The notes below the pieces were generated by a model. That model worked only from the letters and a program-made list of their open reading frames with translations. It ran no database searches and was not told the DNA's origin. Positions 39,337 through 52,655 of a stretch of DNA of 64,000 bases are shown piece after piece. Positions within the stretch are counted from its first letter, which is position 1, and each line of letters begins with the position of its first letter. The stretch comes from Octopus vulgaris (Eukaryota), in contig OX597824.1 in NCBI GenBank assembly GCA_951406725.2, forward strand, positions 57,350,001 to 57,414,000, written 5' to 3'. Both the position numbers and the translations under genes were made by a program.

Positions 39337-39419
39337 TCCCTGAAGAAAAGATTACATTGTTTCACACCGTTTTATTCCTTTGGAATAATATCAGTGATAT
39401 CTTCGAAATACGTGTCGGA
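39337..39419 (+). ncRNA. Degenerate minimal hammerhead ribozyme
   Basis: tcc-CTGAAGA-aaagat...atcttc-GAAAT-ACGT-GTC-gga. Confidence 0.6.
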
Positions 39420-39614
39420 AGAAAAGTATTTGAATTACACCTGCGTTAAACTCCATTTATTTATATATTATACAAAAAATTTCACGTAAACCTGATGTTT
39501 CTACCTTTAAAAACAAGGAGTTACAACCTCTTTACTTGTGTGATTTTTTGCTACCCTGGTAACTATTTATCTATTTTTTCCGTGTTAATTGTTAACAAGG
39601 GAAAAATACACACA

Positions 39615-39649
<35 letters not shown>

Positions 39650-39650
39650 G

Positions 39651-40924
39651 CTAGCAGTAATACAGGTCGTTGATCGGGTAATTAATTTTACTGTTTCTCG
39701 GAGGCCACATTCAAAGTATTATTATATTTATAATTTACTCCTCCAGTATGTGTGTATTTTTATAAGAGAAGAATATGTAATAACTGAAGTAGAGAAAAGA
39801 TCAATTTCATACAGGAACTTGTGTTTGTTTATTAGATAACAGTAATAAGTTAGTTGTATATGTTATTTTATTTATCAATACAGTAATGGGAATTATATAA
39901 TATTGAAATAAGTGAAAAACGTAATAATTGAAGTAGGAAAAAGATCAATTTCATACATGAATTTCTGTTTGTTTATTATATGATTATAAGAAGTGAGTAG
40001 TATGTATTATTTTACTTATCAATACAGTAATGGCAATTATTTAATACACTTCATTTAAATAGGTAATTTTCTTATTCTTGAATGTAATGATAGTAATGAC
40101 AAATTAAGTTATTGAGGTATTGAAGTTGCATTAAGAGTGAATATTTCTTTATAAACAATATTTTAAAAAAAATTTGTGGTGCATAAGCAAAGATTTGCTT
40201 TTGCTTCCACACGTGATAGTCCTACATAAAGTTGGCCTTCTGAAAAACATGGTTGTTCAAATTGCAACCCGTCAACTTTTAGTGTTTACCCTAAATTTTA
40301 TTAACGCTTGTGTCAAAAGAAACACGGATAGGAAACTATAACTGCTTAAATTGGAATGGAACATCAGATGGTATAGCTGGTATGCGGGGAATGAAAACGA
40401 TACCACAGTCACTGAAAATATTTGTCTCAATGCACTTCGTCAAAAGTTTGTGCACAATTAATCCTGTACCATTGCATAATTTTGGTTGAGAAAAATTACA
40501 CAATAGCATAATAGGAATTTTTCTATTCAGCTGAAGACCATAGTTAGCTGTACCAGGTGGTTCTAGTGAGTTCAAAAATTTGACGGGGTTGTTAACGATA
40601 TCCTGATTATCAACAACACTGTCAATTAAGTTATAAGTGAATACTTCTCCTGGAAGTTCATTCAGTAGCGTATTATTTATGCTATGTACAACAATATTTT
40701 TGGAACCAGGATAGGTCGCTCACAGATCCAATCTGTATTGTTGTAATTATAAAGAAGATTAGGAAAGATTTCATCCGGCAAATCATCGATAGAGTCTGTT
40801 GAATTACATATTGGATTGAGTGTAAGAAATTAGGCAATAGCATAATAGCTTCCCTTAAATCAGATGCTTTCATTTTGCCGGAGAAAGAAAGAGGCAGAAT
40901 TTCGATTTTATATATATATATAGA
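39651..40924 (-). mobile_element. Internally deleted Helitron retaining the PIF1-type helicase C-terminus
   Basis: LNSLEPPG..PIMLLCNFSQPKLCNGT..FIPRIPAIPSDVPFQFKQL*FPIRVSF...PCFSEGQLYVGLSRV; TC start at 40924, CTAG end at 39651; ~140 bp internal tandem duplication at 39775-40045. Confidence 0.88.
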
Positions 40925-41023
40925 AAAAGTATAATAGCTTTCCTTGAACCATTTGGCTTCATTTTAGTGGGCAAATAAACAAACAGAATCTCTCTCTCTC
41001 TCACTCTCTCTTATATATGTATG

Positions 41024-41155
<132 letters not shown>

Positions 41156-41160
41156 TATAG

Positions 41161-41330
41161 GCGCAGGAGTGGCTGTGTGGTAAGTAGCTTGTTTACCAAC
41201 CACATGGTTCCGATTTCAGTCCCACTGCGTGGCACCTTGGGCAAGTGTCTTCTACTATAGCCTCGGGCCGACCAAAGCCTTGTGAGTGGATTTGGTAGGC
41301 GGAAACTGAAAGAAGCCCGTCGTATATATG

Positions 41331-41404
<74 letters not shown>

Positions 41405-41632
41405 TGTTTGTGTTTTGTGTGTCTGTGTTTGTCCCCCTAGCATTGCTTGACAACCGATGCTGGTGTGCTTATGTCCCCGTTACTTAGCGGTTCGGCAAAA
41501 GAGACCGATAGAATAAGTATTGGGCTTACAAAAGAATAAGTCCCGGGGTCGAGTTGCTCGATTAAAGGCGGTGCTCCAGCATGGCCGCAGTCAAATGACT
41601 GAAACAAGTAAACGAGTAAAAGAGAGTAAAGA

Positions 41633-41634
<2 letters not shown>
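41161..41634 (+). mobile_element. Full-length SINE family A (tRNA head, central (TA)n, LINE-like tail)
   Basis: A box tggctgtgtgg, B box-like ttcagtccc, tail ggtgctccagcatggccgcagtcaaatgactgaaacaagtaaa. Confidence 0.92.
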
Positions 41635-41684
<50 letters not shown>

Positions 41685-42355
41685 GTGTGTGTGTGAGTGT
41701 AGATAAATGGATATGTAACTAAACAGATAAACAGATACATAGGTAATACGGGTAGACAAGCACACACATACATACACAAATGACGACTGAAACACATGTA
41801 CACTTCACACACACACACACAAGGACACATGGAAACGCACATCCATACATAACAGACGCACGTACATAGTCACACAAACCCATACACATAGACACACAAA
41901 CCCATACACATAGACACACTCAAATATGCACACAGAAGGAGACAGAGGTACGAACACAAATACACACACACATACAAACACTCAAACGCACATACAAACA
42001 CACAAACATGAACATACAGACACATGAATATGCAGAATACATATATACATACATGCATACATATATATATATATGCATACACATGCATGCATGCGCACAC
42101 ATACATACATACATACATACATACATGCATACATACATATGTGTACACACATGTACCCTGACGCACACACATGTGCACAAACAAACAAAAAGAACGAAGC
42201 TCTGATAACGGACAGAGTCAACGACTATTGAAAAGGTTGCAAAACGAAAATTTTAGAAAAAATAATAAGTAAATGAGTGGCAATCGAACCGGTGTGTGTG
42301 TGTGTGTGTGTGTGTTAAATAATAAGGCACTAAAACAAAATGACTCTTTCCAGAC

Positions 42356-42404
<49 letters not shown>

Positions 42405-42473
42405 CATACATATAACATACATATTTAAATATATGTATATATATGTGTGTGTGCGCGCGTGTGTGTATGTGTG

Positions 42474-42829
42474 AAGATAGAAGCGTAATCCCTCCCCAAT
42501 TATAGCAATCGATGAGTTTTCCGTTCTTTGGAAGCTTGATGATTACGCCCCCACCTCCCGTTGCCAATCCTCTGGGACCCGGCCTGTCATCCAGCATACA
42601 TTTAGGAGGGCCGTCGGATGTTCGACAATGGGATGACCACCGTGTTCCAGCATCTCCGCTGCCACCAAAAGAAAGGTCGTCAATATCGTTTTCTTAAGAT
42701 GGCTGCAAAGGGCGGTGGATGAGAGGCTCCGAGAAGAACAAGCCGGTTTTCGACGCGGACAGTCGTACAATGAACAAATCGTGTTGCGCAACATTATCGA
42801 ACAGAGCGTCAGGGTACATGTGTGTACAC

Positions 42830-42860
<31 letters not shown>

Positions 42861-43832
42861 TGTATGTATGTTTGCGTATGCATGCATGTGTATGCATATA
42901 TATATGTATGCAAAATGGTACATTTTACCCCCTCCCCTATTTCTTATGGCAATCGACTTCGTCATGCGCGGGGCGATGCACCAACCCAGATTTGAGATTC
43001 CGTGGTTTGGTTCGGGGCGCCTGACTGACCTCGACTTCGCCGATGACATCGCACTCCTCGGAACGACGAAGAATGTCATTCGCACAATGACAGAGAGATT
43101 GGAACGGGAGGCGGCCAAGATCGTACTCCGCATAAGTGCAAACAAGACGAAGATCATGAGGATTGGATATGTCGATGAGAACATTAATAGCGTCCCCTTG
43201 ATGACTGGACAACACCAAATCGAGGAAGTTGATGAGTTCACCTATTTGGGCAGCATCGTGGCAAAAGACGGAGACGCCTGAACGCGACGTTGCCTGCCGG
43301 ATTGGGGAGGTCTCGGCTGTCTTCTAAAGATTCAAACCCATCTGGGCAGGCAGGGCAATCTCCATCAAGACCTAAGTGCGCCTCTTCAACAGCATCGTCA
43401 TACCATCGGCAATATACGCTGCAGAAACATGTAGGACATCGGTAAAGATCGCACGAAGTCTGAATATATTTCAGTTATGATGCCTCTGGCAGATACTGCG
43501 AGTATTATGCCATGACCACATCACCAACAACGAGATACATCACCGAACTGATACCCATCCATCCCGTAACGTTGTCACTGAACGCCGCTTACAATTCGCA
43601 GGCCATGTCCTCCGATTACCATTGTTACAGTATGCGAAAACCGCCATTCTGTGGAAGCCAATGCATGGCAAGAGAAAACAAGGGCAGCCAAAAGCGACTT
43701 GGCGCCGCACCTTCATCGATAACCTCAAAGTCATTGACATTTAATGGGATGAAGCTGAAATTGCCGTGGCCGACCGACCACGTTGGAGAAGCCTTGCCGC
43801 CCAATGTGCCGCTGGAGGACTCAAAACTAAGA
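42474..43832 (+). mobile_element. RTE-clade LINE, 5'-truncated, with inverted 5' segment and internal replacement
   Basis: Minus 42474-42666: AEMLEHGG..VPEDWQ..IIKLPK..NWGGITLLS; plus: LREEQAGFR..DLDFADDIALL..EFTYLGSIV..YAAET. Confidence 0.92.
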
Positions 43833-43934
43833 TACATATATATATATAATATCCAAGATTCGAGGTGTAGGAAAAAAGTTAGTTTCAAGCAATCCGTAGT
43901 AAATATTAAAAAACAACTTTCAGGGACAATAGTG

Positions 43935-44975
43935 GTTTATTGAGACGGAAAGTTGTGGATTTTTTCGTATCGAAGTATGATATTATATTTCACGGTAGGC
44001 GACCAGGTTTGCCGGGTATGCGAAATGCACTTAGTGCTGTAGACTACATTTTTAGTTCTACAGTTAATGCCAAGGTTAATCTTACATACCACACAGTTTT
44101 TATTAGTGCATGTGGTATTTTCGAATGGGCACGTCCTACATAACTGTGATCTCATGGAGCTTCTTGGCTTTTCAACTATCTTAATGCTGAGTCTGGTCTC
44201 CTTCAGAGCTTTTCTTGGCCACTACAAACATCACTCCTTGATATTTGTCAGCCCTGTACCATGTGTTTACTTTGCTTTGCCACAAACTCTCTGTATATTA
44301 TACCAGTCTTTACATTTGTATCTTGGGCGGGTACCACTGGCTTCGCTACATATAATGCTAACTTCTTCATATCTCCCCTGTATACACGAATCCTATCTTT
44401 TTGGTCATATCCAGAGAATTGCATGTGGCGCATGAAGTTCTGCAGGTTTCCTTGTTTCATAGGGTTGGCATAGGGTGGACACGTTATTCATTATCCTAAC
44501 TGAATCTGCTATCAGTATTTTGATTTTCGTATTGTGTGACAAAGCTGAATTCTTGTGAACAACATAATTAGAAGCTATGTGCTTCATGTAATAGAAGTGG
44601 AGGCGTTGCACTTTGTTGTTTATAGTTTCTAACCAAATTTCAGTATCAAGTCTATTGTTAGGGTGCCGAGTGGAGTAATCTATAGTTATCTTGATACTTT
44701 ATTGGATGGAGTTAGCTACGTGCTGGATGCTCTCCATTATGCTCTTCTCGGTTTCTACACTACATTTACTAGGGTTTGTCCTGACGAGAATATTGATGTC
44801 ATCTACATACTACAATAAAACAATACAGTCGTGGATTGTTCAGCTAGGGATTATTCAAGTTTTCTGTCAAACCAGGTCGTGAAGAGGCCGGCCACGTCTC
44901 CAGCCATACCGACACCAATGGCTGCACCTTGAACCTGCATGTATAGTTTCTTGTCAAACTTCACTATTTATAATG
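43935..44975 (-). mobile_element. Penelope-like element relic (RT core to GIY-YIG start)
   Basis: FDKKLYMQVQGAAIGVGMAGDVAGLF, YVDDINILV, YYMK..SNYVVHKNSALS..KIKIL, MQFSGYD, CVVC....NCRTKNVVY. Confidence 0.88.
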
Positions 44976-46028
44976 TAAATAATCAGAAATCAATAGCTTT
45001 AGAAACCAAATATAAAGCCAATTTAGTTTCAGCATTTAGTTTCAGCAATTTTTAGCGAGATCAATTTGGGATTTTGATAGATAAACAAAAATATGTGCAT
45101 TTAATACGTATATCTTGTATTCTACGAAAGTAAGTAATAAAGAAGTGGTCAGACCTAATCCTTGCATGGAAAGGTATTTATCAACATGGATGACTGATCA
45201 AACGCAACGATAAAACATGCAAGTTGTTATTCATATCGAAGTCTTATCTACAGATAAGAAAGAAGGCGACATTTAAGCATTTACTGCAAACAATGACTGG
45301 TTTTATAAATATGAAGGATAATTTGAACTAGCTGGTATAATGTAAAAGTGCAAAAAGCTGCGAGTGTTGAGTAGCAAAATTATTCTGAGAATAAAAAAGG
45401 GGGAAAATCGAATAAGTAGATATATTATCAATTATTCTATTTCTGTATATAGACTAAACAGGCCTACTTCCGAAGTACATGTTGGCAAGAAGCTACACTG
45501 TAAAAAAAAAATCATAGGTACCAGGTTTTCCAGTAATTAAAGATCTATTAACGCTATCGTTTAAAGGTAATCCAACTGAACTCTGTAAGACCCGTGATTG
45601 TGCATCTCACGGTAACTCTAAGGCCATATCAAGGGACTGTGAAATATATACTTTCATTCATATGGAAAATAAAGGAAAAAGATTGGGTTACGGATTTACT
45701 GACTGAAAACTAGTTTTGTCGCAACATTTTGTACATAGAAGAGAAAAATACTGCGAGGATAAAAGAATGTCACTCTTTTGTCCTCATTGTAGATATTTCA
45801 CCTTGGTATGTGAAATATTTACGACGTTAATATACAAATGCTAGATTAATGCTTCAATCACCGGATACAGTGTCACTTTTGCAGCTTATAAAAACATATA
45901 AAAAAAAAATTCAGCGCACACCTGAAACAAAGCGACATCGAATGATGAACTCAATACGCGAGCCTAAACAGACATCCAGACATCATGTGCTGCAAATATA
46001 ACTCATGCTCTTGGACTGTTTATCCTTT

Positions 46029-46029
<1 letters not shown>

Positions 46030-46094
<65 letters not shown>

Positions 46095-46194
46095 GTAGTA
46101 GTAGTAGTAGTTATAATAATGATAATAATAAATAATAATAATATTATCATTATTAGTAGTATTATCATTATTATTACTATTATTATCATTATTA

Positions 46195-46291
<97 letters not shown>

Positions 46292-46308
46292 CATTATTAT
46301 TATTATTA
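46030..46308. repeat. (AAT)n followed by (ATT)n, a self-complementary trinucleotide tract
   Basis: Visible runs with a strand switch near 46140. Confidence 0.95.
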
Positions 46309-46310
46309 AA

Positions 46311-46495
46311 GGCGTCGAACTGGCAGAATCGTTAACACGCTCAGTGGTATTTCGCCCGTCGCTCCGTTCTGGGTTCAAATTCCACCAAGGTCCACTTTGC
46401 CTTTCATCCTTTCGGAGTCGATAAAATAAGTACCAGTTGAACAATCATCCTCTTCACCAAAACTGCTGCCCTTATGGCAAAAATTGAAACCATTA
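46311..46495 (+). mobile_element. MetaSINE-type SINE
   Basis: gcctttcatcctttcggagtcgataaaataagtaccagt central domain. Confidence 0.85.
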
Positions 46496-46529
46496 TTATA
46501 ATTATTATTTACGACTTCCTTTCATTATA

Positions 46530-47852
46530 ACTTTATTTCAGCTGCCTTATTACCGGGCATCCTCCGGAAGCCAAGGGTAGCAAGGGCACTCTTGTTTTGC
46601 TATGCATGCTAAAGTTATTCCCACATTTATTCCATTTTAGATGGAGAATGCTTTCCGTAGTATATGGGCTGTACCCATCAAGGTTATCTTTTGTAGTTCA
46701 CGGAGATTGAAGTTACCAGGGAGTTGCTTAACGCACCAATTACTACTGGTATTATAATAGTACTAAGCTTCCACATTATTGTGATTCTATTTTGCAGATC
46801 TTTATAGTGAGAAAGATTTTCGTATTCCTTTCTTGAGACATTTTGATCTTGTGGGACAGACATATCTATTGACAAGCTCCTCTGTAGTCCTTGATCACAA
46901 TATCTTGCGATTGGAGTCAATTTTTGTGTCTGTATTGAGAAATTCCAGAGGATGATGACGCTATCGCCATTTACTACATCCTTTGGATGGGGCCTGTACC
47001 ACTTATCATGGGATTTAACTTTGTAGTATTTACAAGCATTCCACTGGATGCACAGCCCTAGTCTGTCATATCTTATGAGGTCATATCTTCTTTTCAGCGA
47101 AGACTAGGTAGCCAGAAACAACACGATCAATTGTCTCTGGGTATTTTTCGCAAATTTTGCACGAGAGGTCAGATCCATCTTTAAAGACGTTTGCATGGTA
47201 GTTTCTGGTAGGTAAGCTCTGATCTTACGCTGCAATAACAAAACCTTCTGTTTCCTCTTTCAGACACGTCCCTTCTAGCTATTGGTGTGTTAGATTTTGA
47301 TCAATATCTAGCTTGGACAGGCGGTTAAGTTATTTTCCATGCAAGAGTTTACTTTTCCAGTTGTCTTCGATATTATTCATACAAACCTTCTTTGCTTTTT
47401 GTTGATGCTTTTTGCATCAATGATAGGTTTATCACTATTTGGATTTCTTTGGTCTTTCTGATTGTTAATTTCTAAACCAGAAGAAGCAATGGTAGGTCTG
47501 TCAGTATTTGGGAGTCTTTGGTCATTCTTATCGTTAAATTGTAGGCCAATAAACTTTCTAAATTTCTGACTAAGCGTCAGGATTGAAACTTTCTCGGAAT
47601 CTTCATGCTTCAGTGCAGTTCGTGAGAGCACATCACTTGTTTTATTAAGGTGCGTTTCAAGGCCTATTATTGCTGAATTGAAGGATGGGATTGTTCGAGC
47701 TGTATCGAACCTCTTCCTGCCTACATCTGATTTTGGAGGGTGCATTCGATAGCTTGTAAAGATTTTACAGATCTTTCCATTCATTTTCTGCATGTCTGTG
47801 AGACTCCACTTAATGATATCGATGCGATATGTGTTTACTGGTATGGCCAAAT
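46530..47852 (-). mobile_element. R4/Dong-type element, 5'-truncated and decayed
   Basis: AIPV..W..RMHPPKSD, ETEGFVIAA*DQSLPTRNY, IDMSVP..YKDL..MWKL..IPVVIGAL; (TTA)n at its 3' side. Confidence 0.85.
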
Positions 47853-47855
47853 ATT

Positions 47856-47903
<48 letters not shown>

Positions 47904-48999
47904 AACAACAACAACAATTATAATAATAGCAACAACACACATACACATATATGATGTAACGGACAAGGTTTTTATTTTGCAGTTTCAAAGAAGCTTTGCA
48001 GTTCGTAGTAGAAAAAAATCATTGCTGAAGGTCATTATATCATACACACAAAACACCGTAACTCGTGAGTGTGCGTGTTTGTGTGTGTGTAATAGGTCGA
48101 TAACACTTTTACCATACTGTAGACACTTGAATGTTTATATTCAGTATCTCATTGTCCAAACGCACACAATTACACACAAATCCATACGCACGCGCACATA
48201 CACACACATACACACGCGCGCGCACCAAGAAAAAAGCATAGTTATTTTCTTTTCTTTATCGTTTCCAAACTTGCGTATTTCACGTGGTTTCACAAATACT
48301 TGCAAAGTCTCCGTTACATGTCCTTAAAATAACACTTCGCTTTCCCACGAGAGAAATTTAGCATACAAACATGACGAATTGTTGCATATCAGTGGAATGC
48401 ATTAACAATTCCCCATCCTCACCTCTTCTCCTTCCGTTTTGCTCGCTTTCTTATTTAAATTTTTTTTCGTTATTTATTTCCCCTACTCTCTTTTATCTGC
48501 ATTGTGTTGCTGTTGATGTAGCCATAGCAGAACGGTCAAGAGGTTTTCTTTGTAATCCCGAGTCCCCGGATTTGGTTCTAATGCACGGTACGTTGGAAAA
48601 TGCTTTCTAATCTTCGAATGAACTCTTGTTGTTAAAAAAACTGTGAAATCTAGTCTGATGGCGTGCAGTTGACAATAAAAGGACCGGGTTTGTCACATAC
48701 TGCGCCGTACTGGTAATTACTGAGTCACATTGATTCTACCGAGGGGTAGGTAGAAACCAACATAAAGGATTATGGAGGAAAAGATACATCTAAAAGGAGG
48801 AAATGCCATGCTTGGATTACCTTTCATCATGGAACTGCTCGATCGGGATTGGACTGCAGGTTACATCATCATCATCATCATCATCGCCATCTCCACTGTT
48901 GTCGTTATTATCACCATCATCCTCATCACTGTTATCATGATGATATGTCACAAGCTACGTGACCTTGGTATCACTGAAAACTGGGAGAGTGGCTGTCCT

Positions 49000-50070
49000 A
49001 CTTTTTAAAGGACGGAAGTTAGGCAGTTGCAACCAATGGTGCTCTTTCTTGGGAGACATCAATCCGCCGCAGAGTTCCTCAGAGAACTGTTGGGACCACT
49101 ACTGTTTGTAGTGACTCTCTCAGATATGCCGTCAGTCGTACAGTCAGACACTGTCACCAGCTACGCTGATGATAGAAAAGTGTCATCAGGCGCTCAAGAA
49201 CCCTGATGACATAATAAAAGTGACAAAACGATCGGCATATAAATGGACTGATGAAAATAACATGCAATTAAATGTTGATAAGTTTCAAGCACTCCATTTC
49301 GGTCCACAAACAGCCTACAATAGGAATACATAGTACCAGGGGGCAGTGCAATCCCAGAGTTAGAATCGGTGTGTGACTTGGGAATCCACATGAGTAGTGA
49401 TGCAACATTAGATCATTCAGAACCGGAAATAAGGATACCTTGCTACTCTTATGGAGGACCTTCGTCCTCAGGCGTCTGGATTACTGCTCCCAACTGTGGT
49501 TGCCACAGAGCGTCAAACGGGTGGCGGAACTTGGGGCAATCTAGTACCACTACACAGAGAAGATTGACTTGGTGAAACAGATGAGCTACAGGGCGAGTCT
49601 ACAAGAACTGAAGCTCTTACTACCTGGAGAGAAGATGAGAAAGGTATGCAGTGATATACATCAGGAAGATTCTGGAAGGTCTGGTTCCCAACTTTTGAAT
49701 TAAAAGGTATACCAACCACTGAACTGGACGGTACTGCATAATACCAAAGATACCGTCTTCTTCATCTCAGATAAGGAACGAGTAATGCAACAGCTTGGGT
49801 TTCAAGGGACCATAATTGTTGAACATCCTTCTAAGGAACCTACGAGATCTGCAAGTTGTAGATGTGGAAGGGTTCAAAAAGCATCTGGACAAATTTCTGT
49901 CTGAAATCCCACATCACGCCAGAAAGCACGAAGAAGAGCAGCTTCGTTCAACTCGTTTCTTCACTAAAAACAGTACCGGAAGGAGGCCCCAAAACACTGA
50001 AAGGAGGTGCTCTAGCATGGCTCCAGCCTCTGGTCGAAACCAGTAACAAAATAAAAGAAAAAATAATAAA
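49000..50070 (+). mobile_element. CR1-group LINE, 5'-truncated and decayed
   Basis: VPQRT..GPLLFVV.LSDM..SYADD, NMQLNVDKFQ, DLGIHMS, LDYCSQLW, LERR*ERY; 3' tail resembles the SINE A tail. Confidence 0.85.
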
Positions 50071-51001
50071 TCGTTGAATTGCCTTAAGAACAATAACACG
50101 AATACCTTCTCCACTTTTACAACTACCCAATCTTCCTACTTCCTATATTCCTACTACTCCTTGCACTCTCACTACTTCCAGCGCACCCGTAACTCTGTAT
50201 ACTCTCACTACTCCCTAAACTACATCAACATCTATTACAGTTACTTCCATTTTACTGTCCTTATCCTCTCGCACTAATATCATTTCAAACAGCAACAACA
50301 ATAGTAGCAGCAGCGGCACTAAACGACGATGGTTCCTCTGTGGTGTCGTTCGATCTGCATCATTAAAAGAAAGGATACACTCAGTAAAGTAACAATGCTT
50401 GAAAATAAGATTGGATGTTCATGGTAAGAACGCTTTTGATCATAAGTCTGCTTGATTCAAAGATGACTGGCACTAGACAACAGCAGCAATAAAATTTGTA
50501 ATGATAGCATCGAGAACACACATGTATAAACGACATCAGCATCGTCATCAAGTAAGGCGACAACAACAACAGTAAAAACCACAACAAAAACAACATTGTT
50601 AGTTGCAACAACGTCAACATCTACAACAGTAACCACAACGACAACATAAGCAACGAGAACAATGTGAAAAGTGACGTTTAATAAATCACAATTTTTCATG
50701 ATTGATCAGTTGAAGAATTAGGATTGAACGACCGAAGGGAGTAGGGTTGAGAAAGGAGTGGGTGGAAGAAGGTAAGGGAGTTGGGTTGGGTGAGGTGTGA
50801 GAGGAGAGACTGAGCAGATAGAGGGTATAAGACAGTGAGATGAATCTATGAATCGAATAGGGATGGATGAATTGTGAAATGGGGGTGGGGGTCAAGCTGG
50901 AGATATTTAACCATAGAAATGACCACATTGATTAATATATTAGGGAACAATACAATAACAATCAAGATGACAATTTTCATGTAACTGTTACTCCGACTCC
51001 A

Positions 51002-51054
<53 letters not shown>

Positions 51055-51058
<4 letters not shown>

Positions 51059-52565
51059 AAACCGGTGAAATAAAAGAATTAGACCAAAGCCAAACTTACA
51101 AATACTTAGGAATCCATGAACTAGATAAGACACAACACACACAAATGAAAGAGAAAATTAAAAAGGAATATTATAGACGAGTTAGATCAATACTAAAAAC
51201 AGAGCTCAATGCTAAAAACAAGATAATAGGTATTAACACTTTAGCTGTCCCAGTTATAAGTTACAGCTACAATATCCTTAACTGGACACTAAATAAACTG
51301 ACCAAAATAGATAGGAAAACAAGAAGAATAATGACAGGATCTAGGATGCATCACCCAAAATCTGACATAGAAAGACTATATATACAAGTTATAGAAGGTG
51401 GTAGAGGCCTTATACAGCTGGAAAACTACTATAAAATAACCACCATAGGACTACAAAAATATCTACTTCAGAAGGAAGGAAAACTGATACAAATAGGGGC
51501 AAAACACGAGCAAAACAAAAAGCTGTTCTTAGTATTTAAGGAAGCTGACAAATACAAATAAGAAATCATACCACCTAACAAATATGAAGAAGAAGAAGAA
51601 GAAGAAGAAGAAGAAGAAGAAGAAGAAGAAGAAGAAGAAGAAGATACAACAAAAGCTATAAAACAAATGAAATCCAAACTAAAACTAGAACAGCAAAGAA
51701 CCATGATAAAACGATGGCAAGAAAAGCCCTTTCATGGTAAATACTGGACTAAACTAAATGCAAAAGAAATAGACAAAGAAAAATCCCAGCTATGGTTGAG
51801 AAGCTCAGGACTCAAAGCAGAAACAGAGGGATTTTTAATTGCAACACAAGACCAAAGCCTCCCCACCAGAAATTACCAAAAAAACGTATGAAAAGAAATA
51901 TAACAAGTAACTGCAGAATATGTGGAAATGGACAAGAAACAATAAATCATATTATCTCTGGCTGCCCAGTCCTGGCTAAGAAGGACATGACAGAGTTGGA
52001 ACCTACATACACTGGAAGCTATGCCAACATTATGGAATAACAACAGAAAAAAGATGGTATAGGCACACACCAGAAAAGGTCACAGAAAACGAGAAAGCAA
52101 CCATACTCTGGGATATGCCGATACACACAGAGAGAGAAATTAAGGCCAACAGACCAGATATAGTTGTCAGAGATCATGAAGAAAAAAAATGCTTTCTAAT
52201 TGATGTATCAATACCGGCAGATGACAACGTGTCTCTAAAAGAAATGAAGAAACTTTCAAAATACAAAGACCTGGAAATAGAGGTAACCAGACTGTGGAAT
52301 CTAAAAACAGAAACAATTCCTATCATAGTAGGTGCATTAGGCATGATAAAAAAATATTCAGACAAATACATAACAAAAACACCAGGACTTACAAACATAT
52401 ATAACATACAGAAAATTGCACTACTAGGCACTGCACACATCCTACGCAGAACACTTTCAATACAATAACTATCAGAGCATCACAACAAATCACAGCACAT
52501 ACCCAAGGCACACAGAGCTGCGCTCGGTAGTGAAGTGAAAGCACGCTATAAAATTAAAATACGGA
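51055..52565 (+). mobile_element. R4/Dong-type RLE retrotransposon, family D1, 5'-truncated copy
   Basis: ORF pieces with GGRGL, CRIC..ETINHIISGC zinc finger, RPD..IDVS..KY endonuclease; (TAA)n on both sides. Confidence 0.93.
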
Positions 52566-52595
52566 ATAATAATAGTAATAATAATAATAATAATG

Positions 52596-52654
<59 letters not shown>

Positions 52655-52655
<1 letters not shown>

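Noticed and set aside
41161-41240. tRNA genes at SINE heads
   Set aside because: Cloverleaf is degenerate and continues into SINE bodies
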